A stretch of 64,000 nucleotides of DNA from Tubulanus polymorphus (taxonomy: Eukaryota; Animalia; Nemertea): positions 10,997,950 through 11,061,949 of the forward strand of contig NC_134026.1 of assembly GCF_964204645.1 (NCBI RefSeq), given 5' to 3'. Under the pieces are notes generated by a model. It saw only the letters and a list, made by a program, of their open reading frames with translations, made no database searches and was not told where the DNA came from. Below, in pieces: positions 52,865-64,000 of this stretch. Position 1 is the first letter of the stretch, and each line of letters starts with the position of its first letter. The position numbers were made by a program, and so were the translations under genes.

Positions 52865-54178
52865 CCCCTTGCCTATATCTCGCATCACAGAAGTACCATG
52901 CTTTCATTTCACAGGTGTGGATTATCTGGGGCCTTTGTTCGTAAGATCGAAAAGTGGAGATTATGTAAAAACTCACGTTTGTTTGTTTACATGCGCGGTG
53001 AGCCGTGCAGTTCATTTAGAGCTTGTGCCAGATCTTACTACAGAACAAGTCATATTAGCATTTAAGAGATTTGTGTCACGTAGGTCCGTACCTAGACAGC
53101 TCATTTCTGATAATGCATCTACTTTCACTTGTGCTAATGATATTCTGATTCGCATTTTTTCTGCAGTAGAGTTTTCGACATATTCATCCCAACAAGGGAT
53201 TATTTGGAAATTCATTCCAAAACGTGCGCCGTGGCACGGCGGATTTTATGAACGATTGGTAGCTTTGGTGAAATCATCGATTTATAGAAACTCTTGATAA
53301 AAAGTGCACAAATGGTATATGTAGTAGGTAACGTAATAATGTAGTTATAGTTTTTATTCCCTTTGATGAAGGCGGTGTTCATGACGTATATGTAGATTAC
53401 ATTGATCACTTAAGTAATGAAACGTATTTTCAATTTCATACGTATAGGAATTTCAGGTTGTTTTGTCTACTGTAGTTATTAGAAAAAAGTTATTTTTTTG
53501 CCAAGTTCAGATTCGAGGTCGAATCCAGTGACCGATACGTGATCAATTGATCACGGGTTATAATATCAGTAGGCCCTATACTGTCATATCTTATTACAAA
53601 GTACACAATGAATACATAGATTAGATTTTGACATCCCAATCACAACCAGGAATAATCGTTGACTGATTCCAATAGACAGTCTTGTAATGTAGTTTTGAAT
53701 CTTTCCCACTTTACATTCTATAATATAATGGTAAAAGCAAAAGGGCTGTCCTTATCTGAGTCAAACGTAGTGGCTACGCATAGATAAACCTTTTGACGAT
53801 AATGTCAAGTGCTCCACAATCAACCAATAGACACGACCAAACACGTTTCTTGGCTCTAATACTCTCGAATGAAAAATATTATCAATTCTAATTTAGATAC
53901 ACACCTTTCTAGCGTTTGACACTTTAACTTGCACGAACCATTTTCTTTCCCTTAATTGCACATCGTGAACCATTTTATATCAAGATATATGTATATAAAC
54001 ATTAATGTCGACGACAGTGATTCTCCAACGTCGAGCTCAGATGTATCCTTTTACCAAATTAATTGTCTATAATTCTTAATTGTCTATAATTTTTGAACAA
54101 ACTGATGAGTGTTGCAACTTTATACTGTATACTGTTATATGTGTTTACGTACATAGTATAGATTTATATAGGTATGCA

Positions 54179-54298
<120 letters not shown>

Positions 54299-54433
54299 AA
54301 GCATTTGTATTCTAACAGTATTATTAATATATAACTCGTATAGAGAGTATGAAATGTCAAAAATAGCCAATTTTTCTCACATAAATAAAATAATGATCTA
54401 ATACTGATCACCAGATAAAGATGGTGCTCAGTA

Positions 54434-54763
<330 letters not shown>

Positions 54764-56161
54764 CTGTCAATTATGAAAATCTGAAGCATAAGCGGGTGGA
54801 TGGTGATTTAACATCGTCGAATCTAAAGAAAGGGCTCAAATCAATTAATGCATGAAAATTGTTACTGTGATCGGAATTTCATATGTTGATTTATGATATG
54901 AAGTGTCTCAATAACCCATAAGGGAATAATTATGCGAATTTCCTTTGAGTTTTTAATTGCTTTAGTGGCCTTGCACAACCAACTAAAACTGGTATATACC
55001 TGCTCGTTCTTTACGCTCAAGCGACATACATACATTCACACATACGTACATACATACATACATACATACGTACGTACGTACGGCCCGCATAAGTTTCAAG
55101 TGTCACGGGCTTAACGTCTTTGAAATTCGTACATCTACCGTGTTCAGCGTTGATTCCAGATTCCATGGGATGCATTCAACCTGGTGACTGTTGACCTGGT
55201 GACTGATGCATATCGCCAGTTCATCCGGTTTGAAGAAAAATCACTCGGCCAACTCGTAACAGATGGCCCCTACACCTGCAGATGATTTTTTGCTTCGTTC
55301 GTCCCATGTATTGAATATATGCATTGAACAATTAATCGCTATTCAAAAAAGGAAATAATGAACATACATTAATCTTTCAACTGTCTATTTTTACAGTCCT
55401 AAAATAAACTGTATATACAAAATAGAATCGATTTGTGCATGTGGAGCATGAGATTTTTCATCTTCCTCGCACGAGATCAAATTTGCATGTAAGTCAGCTC
55501 GCGGTTTTCGGACCATTGGGACCGATACATTCCTTAACGAATCTGGACATCATATCGAGAGTCCTCTCACGATCATTCTTACAAAGATGAAAACGGTGTA
55601 CATCGCGCGCAAACCTTGAAGCGGGTGATAGCTTATGATTTAAAAAAAGATAAAATGAAGATACGCAGTTTGTTATCTTTTTCAGACTTATCAAGAAGAG
55701 CGATTTTCGTAATTTTTTAAACAAAAATTAATAGGCATGGAATGAAAATACACCGACCTAAAAAACTTATATAACATTTTCCATAAATAAGTACATGTAT
55801 TCAAAGGTATTCGAAGGTATCCTAGGAATACCATTGTTACATTAAATACGTGAGATCAAACAAGAAGTATTACTAGGTTTATTAACAATTCCGTAACGCA
55901 AACCACAACTAAAAAGCATTTTAGAGTTTCTTATACAGAGTAGAGGAATGTCCAAGAACATGAGATTATGTTGCAACTGCAGTGAAGCCCGTTTAAGTCG
56001 GATCTTTTCAGAACAGTGATTCAAGATAAAAATCCGACTCGGGTCGGGCTTATCTCTACTAGAGATCTGAGCAAGCGTAACTACTTGAGACAATATTCGT
56101 TGCTAGACAATATTGTCTCAAATTGAAGCCCTTCATATAACTAATACTGATTTTCATCTTT

Positions 56162-59100
56162 TTACAAAGATGTAATTGTCTTATGTATGATATTTGTGCA
56201 TTCTCCAAGTTCACTCTCTTTGATAACGCAAGGCGGCGTAAATCTGATGATCGTGTCGTGCGTTGGTTTTGCCAGTAGTCCGTTGTCTCTTAGTTTCAGG
56301 CACACGTCCCAGGCATTATGCTCTGCAAAATGAATGTTAAAATGATATTATTAATTCAGCATGCTGGTAAATGTTACAATGGCATCGCATTTAAAACATA
56401 AAAACATTCAGAATAACTTTTCATCTGAACGTTTGCAAGTACATGAACTAGGGATGAACCTGCATTTTAATTGAATATCGATGTATACAGTCATGTACCA
56501 GCTGTAGACAGAGGTGACCACCTAGTACACGTCGGTTGTAGCGCAGCGCTAATAATAGAGGATCATAATAAACTGTACGAATAGGAGTTATAGAGCCCGG
56601 GAATCTCGGCCTGAATAGTACAACGGTGTGGATGACAATTTTTTAGTATTGACTTTAGCAGGGATCCAGGGACACTTTGTCCACTTATGAAGTGGTTTGA
56701 AATGCTCAACAAAACCTTTAAATCCAACGTCCCCGGAACATGTCACCACAACCAGAACATGCCATGAGCTACAACTTATAATTTGATTGTTGTAACAAAA
56801 TATGCAAAGGTACAAATAGAGAAATTGTATATAATCTAATATTCAATTCCTCTGGTGGCGAGAAGGAGATGAATCCTTTGACAGTGCCATAAAACATCAA
56901 GACTATGAAATAAAAAATTTTTCCATCGGGACTGATGATGATGATACTATGATGGCCACCGATTGCATGACAATGGACTGATCGAAATACCCGCCTGATA
57001 TTTAATGTTAAAGATCCCTTCCCAAATTATACCCATTACATATTTCAACCATTAGGAAGCTACAGATCTCACCTAAAATTGCGTTCTTGGACACAAAAGG
57101 GTTACTGGGCGGTCATCGTGTGTCCGACCGACGTGATTCTAATGCTTGTGCTGATAGAGCTTGGGAGATACAAATATATACGTATGAAAGGTGAAGATAA
57201 TTTACTGAAAAGTCTTCAAATTTTCCCTTGAAAACTTAGAAAATACATAAAGTAAATAACGATGGCCACCAGTGAACATCTTGGTGCTAGCCTGGCAAGT
57301 TTTTGGGCTGCACATGTGTCTGGGGGAGATATATGTGTAAACTAAATATCGTGACAATCCATTCAATCGCCTTCGTACACCTAAATTCCGTCTACGGACG
57401 GACGAAGAACGAAAGGTGAACGCAATAGTCTAGCTGCTGGAACTTGTCCCAAGTGGGCTAAAATGATACATACAAATTGCTCAAATATTGAATTAATGAA
57501 TAATATGATACAGATTACAGTGGATACTCGTTAATTCAGAGGCCTATTACGAAACTCGCGGTATGGGGATGATTGTTGTGTTCATGCGAAATGTAGTTAC
57601 AAAACAGCGTAAAACGACCGCATTGATACGAAAAAAATTCGTGAAAACGATAAAGATTTTCGGTCCGTATGTCTCATTTCCCTAGTAAATCAATGCTGTT
57701 AAGATACGCCGATCGAGTGGATCACCTGTATCATACATAATACATGAGGTGTATATAATAATGAAATTGACATCGTGCCGAGAGTTTAATCAATCAACAA
57801 ATAAATAAATTTAAAAAGAGATATTCTATATTTTGTTTTATCACTTTATATGTATCATTCATCATCGCGATACGGGTCTACAACAAAAGGATAAAAACGA
57901 TCTCTCCTCGTTTAACAGTGAACATGCCGGCGTTTTAGGAAATTTACGTTGGATCGCCTGTGACGAATTGAAACGAATAATTTTCTATTAGCTCAGGTAC
58001 TCGTATCAAACGAGGTTTCCCTGTATCTTACACTCACAATTATGCTTGTTATTTTAAAACATCAGTATTGTGACAACCAGTTATATAGACTAGTATCATC
58101 TTTAACCTGGGGGTTAACTTATTGAAATTGAACTAAAGTTAAAACTCAGAGTTAAGTCTAACTCACAACTGTGGAACTGGCTTTGAGGTAAGTCGGGATA
58201 ACTGAATCGTCCTTACTGTATTGTACTCTGATAAATGTTTGTAAACAGAATGACCGATAAAGTTTTAATTGATTTGGCTATTCTTGGAGCCATCCAATTC
58301 TTGCTCCACCGAGTGAAATGTAAATTGCGTCTCTGCCGGTCACATCGGATCAATATCTGCTGATCCTACGTATGATTCGAAGTCCTCGAATTGGATATTT
58401 CATTTGAGTTTGTTGGACACAATGTAAAAAGGCAAGTAAATTTTACCAGTAGGTGGTTTATATCGTCACTTCTACTGTCGACATTGGTTCCGTATTTAAA
58501 CAGTTTATGAAAATCGGAAGATGTATAATAGTAATGTATAATCACAAGAATTAAAATATATGATTTCTTGCCGAATGGACAGAACACCCTAATAATAATT
58601 TGGGGAATATCAATCAGGTTACCTGCGAAGTGACAGAAAACATAAATTATCAATGGAATAACAATGGGTATTTCTGCAGTTAGCAGAAAACACGAATAAT
58701 AATGATCCAGAAAATAACAATAAGGGTTTTCTGCTACTATCGCAGAAAACCCTCAATATCTTTATTATCAATATAAACTCTACCTTCAGCGATTTCGATA
58801 GCGCACATAAGACCACGACCGCGTACAACTTTCACAACGTCCGTTGGTAATCTTTTAAGATCAGCCATCAATAAATCACCCATCTTGGCAGCATTCTCCG
58901 ATAGTTTCTCTTCCTCAATTACCTTGGAAAGTGAAAATTAACTCATAGACAAAAGACTTGTGACCATATACAAACATATTGCATACTCCACACATTCCAT
59001 TACACAGCATGCTTACCTCCAATGCAGCGATACCAACTTTACAAGCCATAGGGTTCCCACCATAGGTCGATCCATGTTCACCTGGCTTGATGGTTAACAT

Positions 59101-61262
59101 CACTTCGTCATCTGCTAGAATTGCAGCCACCTATGACAAAAACTAAAATAAGATACAATTGAACAAACCTAGAAAGACCAATGACGCAAAGGGCCTCCTT
59201 TATGTACATTGCACTTTCCTCGTGTTATTTCAATTCAAAAGAAACTTACCGGGTAAACTCCACCTGATAGAGCTTTGCCGAGAATAAGTATGTCAGGTTT
59301 GGTTGCATCATGGTCAACACATAAAAGTCTAAAACAGTGACGATGATAATTTACATAATCTAGGACTTAACATAATGTTTTCTCGACTACCGAAGAAACA
59401 ACTTCTATATACATGTAATTGACAGAAATTAGATATTACTTGAAATCTCATGCATACTTTCCAGTTCTAGCTAAGCCAGTCTGTACCTCATCAGCAATAA
59501 GTAATACATTGTGCTTTTTACATATAGCCTTTGCCTTGCTGATATAACCCTCTTGGGGCACCACTACCCCAGCTTCTCCCTGAATTGGCTCGACCATGAA
59601 AGCACACACGTCTGGATTTGAAACCGCTTTCTACAAAATAACTTTCTGAATGTAGTTTATTCAAATAGAGGTCCACGTACGCCATGCCCATTTGGGAAGC
59701 AGCTTGAAATGTTAACATTCTGACAATTTCCGTTTCAAACACCCCCTAGCATCACATATCCCGACAACAATGAATTTGAAATTCGCCACAATCACAGTAC
59801 ATATCATAAATGAACTACAACTTAATTTAATATGCTTCCAAAATATGCATAGGTTCCAATATAATGGAATACTATGTAAATTCACCATTCAACGCCCCCT
59901 GGTGAACGTATGCAAAAACCAGTGACCAAATCACTACTCAGAACATATCACAATCTACAATTTGCTATGGATCATGATTACAAAATTTGCATGGTACCAG
60001 TATAGATTAAGATATTTAGGGTTTTGCAGCTATATTTGATATATCATAATGTTTATAATTTTTAACTTCCCCTGGTGGTGAGACCACTATACTGGGTAAT
60101 CAAAATTTCATGTGAGGAGATGTCCATGACATATATGTCCATGATTGAATATATAAAATCAAGCACATTGCGATCATGTGAAAGATTAATGGGCGCTGGG
60201 TGTCGTCGGCCCAGCGAACCGACAAACAATCGGAAAATTAGTGTGCGAACAGCTTGAATGACAAATATATGAATTCTTAGCTAACCTCGAGTGCGTCTAA
60301 ATCATCGTATGGTATGATATCAAAATTTGGCATGTATGGACCAAAGCCAGCATAGCTACTCGGATCGGTTGACGAAGATATAGCAGCTAATGTGCGGCCC
60401 CAAAAATTTCCATCAGCGAAAACAATTCTGGCTTTATTTTCGGGAATCTTTTTAACGGTATAGCCCCATTTCCTAGCTAGTTTGCAAGCAGTTTCTCCAC
60501 CTTCAACTCCTGAAAATAAATGAGACAATCACCGATCTATTTACATTCTATGTAACGCATCAGATGTGCTATATTACGTACGTATTTAGGCCTACAAACA
60601 TTTGCAAAAATACACTTTTTTAGACTTTCACCTGTGTTCATTGGTAAAACTTTATCAAAACCTAAGAGCTTGGTGATGAATTCTTCATATTCTCCCAATG
60701 ATGTATTATAAAATGCTCTTGATGAAAGAGTTAGAATGTCAGCTTGGTTCTTCAAAGCGGCAACAATCTTCGGATGACAGTGGCCTTGGTTTACTGCGCC
60801 ATAGGCACTAAGGAAATCGAAAAAATGATTTCCCTCGACATCCCATAAATGGACACCTGTAAAAATACATAGTAACGAAGTCCATTGACGAGATATATGA
60901 AAGACTCGATTCGACAAATATGGACTCCGCTTATGCGCTTCCAATCAATCCGCCGTTAAATCTGGATTCAAGTGAATTTATTTTGACATTATACTGGCAT
61001 TCAGGATTTGCCAATCAAACGCACGTAATCGTCTATTCTTATCGAATTAGAATGAAATAAATCGAATTGAAATGAAATAAATCGAACCTTGACCCTTGGC
61101 GAGTGCAACCGGTATTGGATGGTAGTTATGCGCTCCGTACTTGTCTTCGCGGGTGAACACAGTATGGGAAGCTGTGCCGATACGCGGTGAAGCTTCAGTG
61201 GCTTTGCTGCGCGCTAGGTTTCGCGATAAGGTATGGACGACACGATTTAACTTAAAAAACAT
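56162..61262 (-). CDS. OAT: Ornithine aminotransferase, mitochondrial (429 aa, 8 coding exons)
   Basis: Exons 61262-61088, 60856-60632, 60509-60286, 59630-59458, 59328-59250, 59130-59017, 58922-58784, 56322-56162. All GT-AG, 1290 nt. Motifs [71 protein letters not shown] (PLP lysine), [17 protein letters not shown]. Confidence 0.97.
57010..57463 (-). mobile_element. Partial HINE-like family A copy in OAT intron 7
   Basis: Reverse complement of the family 5' end (CCGTCTACGGACGGACG..GTGAACGCAATAG..CCCAAGTGGGCTAAAA). Confidence 0.72.
57518..58023. mobile_element. Tigger/pogo-like MITE in OAT intron 7
   Basis: Imperfect TIRs CAGTGGATACTCGTT / AACGAGGTTTCCCTG with TA flanks. Confidence 0.6.
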
Positions 61263-61519
61263 TTTGTAAATATCTGAAAGGAATTTTTAACAGTTAAAAA
61301 TTATTCTGTACAATTAAGATCTTATTTTCGGGAATTTCTTTTGCACGTGTGCGATTCGTTTTTTGTTGTATTACTACTGTCCTGCCGGGGTAGGAAGTGA
61401 ACTTAGGTCTTCCAAATACAGATTTAAGATAATTTAACAACTAAAGGTGTCGAATTTGTTTGTGTTAAGTCTTCCCCTGTGTTTCATACGATAATTTTAC
61501 TATCGACAATAATTAGGAT

Positions 61520-61809
61520 CGGACCCGTGCCGAGCTTTTTTTGAGGGACAGTTCTATTTCAAGAAAGAGGCTCTTTGTCACCGTTAAAAGGGGCAATTTC
61601 TTATTGGAAAAGGGCAGAACTTAAGTATGAAGCGCCCGGGCACCGGTATCTGAAGAAAGAATTTGAGATGAATTAATTTCCCCAAAAAACATACAAATTG
61701 TCTCAAAATTTCGAAAAATCTTGACCCATAAATCTTTTGGCACTGACTTTTTGAAGAGCACTTTTAGGGAGTCTGTCCGCTAACCAGCCCCCCCCTCGGC
61801 CCGGACCCG
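61520..61809. mobile_element. ~290-bp MITE (same family as 33040-33344)
   Basis: GGACCCGTGCCGAG ... CTCGGCCCGGACC; collinear similarity with the 33 kb copy. Confidence 0.68.
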
Positions 61810-62424
61810 AGGTCGGAATGTGCGCCTTTTACCAATAATTCTACAGCTGACGTAGTGAATCATAGACAACGTGGCGTGTATGACGGTGCTGCCACTGCAA
61901 GATCAATAGTAAAATCCATACTGTTGTCATATTCACAGTTAGATTATGAAATATCTATGAAACCGTATGCTTGTTTATGAACAACAACTGTATAATCCAT
62001 GATTTGTTTTATACTTGTAGAGTGTACATCATGTATTTAAGTGGAACGCAATGATTTAAAAAAATGATTGGACCTACCTTTCTGCGCAGTATACACGTAC
62101 GTACGTAGATCCGAAGCCAGCTGCGCAGTACCGGCACAACACGCGCAACAGTGAACTCTGGTGAGGGGCACAGGCATTAATCTAACGGCTGGAATGCTGA
62201 AATGTGTCAGATGTTTCTGTCAATGAAGGAATGGAAATTTGAACCCTAATCTAACACTAGCGCCACATAGATGATGGTGACCTAAACTGCAGTTGGACCA
62301 TAAACAGAGCACAAAAACCCTCCTTTATGAAACCTTATATTTGAAGACAACTACGCTTGGGACACTAGGACACAACACTTTCTTACAAGACAATCTATAT
62401 ACTTCGTGGACATAACAAACGTAA

Positions 62425-62696
<272 letters not shown>

Positions 62697-62998
62697 CTTT
62701 TTCAATACAACAAGCAAACAAGCACACATTTCACTCTGTCCCCCGTAGAACCGGTTTAACGACTTAAGTGTATGTGTACACGGCGATCACAGTATAAGAA
62801 GTTCGTACCGACCATGTTAGGTTTCACGTTTCGCCGAAATGACCAAAATGAATAGACAGAATGGTCAAAATGTCATGACTTGTTATGTAAGCGGTTGCGT
62901 TGGTTATTTATGGACGTTACAACGTGGCGACGACCCCGAGACCAGAAATTTCGTCAGTCCGGGCTGGAATTCGTCGGGAACTGTTTGGACGTAATAAA

Positions 62999-63747
62999 AT
63001 GGTAAGCAAGTCATTTATTTGTATGCAATCATTGGAAAATACACGACTGATCGCATTCGTTAAAAATAATTGATACTTTTATAATTGATAAAGTTTGATT
63101 TTTTCAGAGGTTTTTTTACTGTCTACTGGTTTGGATTGGCGTTACATGTTACGTTAGTTGTATGTCCATTGCTTTAAATATACGTGATTTTGAATGCAGT
63201 TGCTGGTCTCTTACAACGATTAATTATGTCATCGTTATTTGTAGATGCTTGCAAAGAGTACCAACCTGACGGCAGCTGTGTCGACTTAGAAAATGAATAT
63301 GACGGTGACAAAAATGAAGACGAGAAGAAAAAGTATATCGAAAGCCCATCGAAGAAAGGTAAGTAGGCCTACGTATAATGAATTTTGTGAAATTGTAAGC
63401 GATAATTTTTTAGATTATCGTGTTTGCTGATATGCGTATCTTTTTAGGTGAAACAACACCGCATTGGACCTACCACGGCGAACATGGTCAGTTGTACACG
63501 ACAATAAAGTACACGAAATTTAGCATATCGTTTTTTTCCATTCCAAATGTTTGCTATTTCTGAATAGGTCCCGCTTCGTGGCACAAAATAAATCCAGCAT
63601 GCGACGCTCACTGGAATCAGAGACAGTCACCTATTGACTTCGTAAAGAGAAGAACCATCATTGATAGTGACTTGGGGAAACTTCAACTAGTTAACTTCGA
63701 TCTCGTTCCTGAGGGATTGTTTGAAATAAGGAATGATGGGCATTCAG
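62999..63747 (+). CDS. Secreted/membrane-type alpha-carbonic anhydrase, 5' part (continues beyond window)
   Basis: Exons 62999-63001 (ATG only), 63108-63159, 63245-63358, 63448-63486, 63568-63747, GT-AG with matching phases. Translation: MRFFYCLLVWIGVTCYVSYA-CKEYQPDGSCVDLENEYDGDKNEDEKKKYIESPSKKGETTPHWTYHGEHGPASWHKINPACDAHWNQRQSPIDF..EIRNDGHS. Hallmarks WTY..HGP..W, C, QSPID and N(D)GHS. Confidence 0.9.
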
Positions 63748-64000
63748 GTACTTAATGGCCATATTAGGGACCAAATACATTGACCCAAGGGTTTTTACGT
63801 GTATATTTTGGAAATGTATATGCATATATCTAATTTCCCGGCTCTCCATAGCGATCACATTGATGGCCTGGGCTAGACCGAGTGATCTAACGAAATCTCC
63901 AGCAGCATACACGCACACCGTACTGCTTTTTATTATTCACTATCTAGATCATGCACTTTAGCGACATAGACTCATTAACTCAAAATACTAAAATTGGAAA

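Noticed and set aside
52100-52944. ORFs with KKWP / WPFF repeats
   Set aside because: Translations of the MITE's subterminal GGAAAAAATGGCC arrays, not proteins.

Overview
AT-rich, intron-rich animal genomic DNA, probably a marine invertebrate (lophotrochozoan-like repeat content; the species cannot be determined). It is not prokaryotic: no operons, rRNA or CRISPR. Four host genes can be rebuilt by hand from splice sites. Two are tandem, intact paralogues of short/branched-chain acyl-CoA dehydrogenase (ACADSB-like, + strand, 11 coding exons each; 12039-32258 and 42844-47288). One is a complete ornithine aminotransferase (OAT, - strand, 8 coding exons, 61262-56162). The fourth, head-to-head with OAT, is the first five coding exons of a signal-peptide-bearing alpha-carbonic anhydrase (+, from 62999, running off the window), which the ORF track shows only as one unassembled exon. 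The rest is a dense, nested set of decayed transposons: a PIF/Harbinger transposase + Myb/SANT gene pair, a second Harbinger remnant, a BEL/Pao LTR retrotransposon with three nested insertions, RTEX-like, L2, RTE and CR1-like LINE fragments, a Gypsy gag fragment, Helentron/HINE-like elements carrying ~154-bp tandem arrays, and many MITEs with readable TIRs and TSDs (2, 3, 4, 6 and 9 bp). I found no demonstrably new biological system. The best leads are the asymmetrically diverged ACADSB duplicate (with a GC-AG intron), the ACADSB-OAT linkage, the carbonic anhydrase with an extra N-terminal exon, and the composite transposon abutting the ACADSB-1 promoter.
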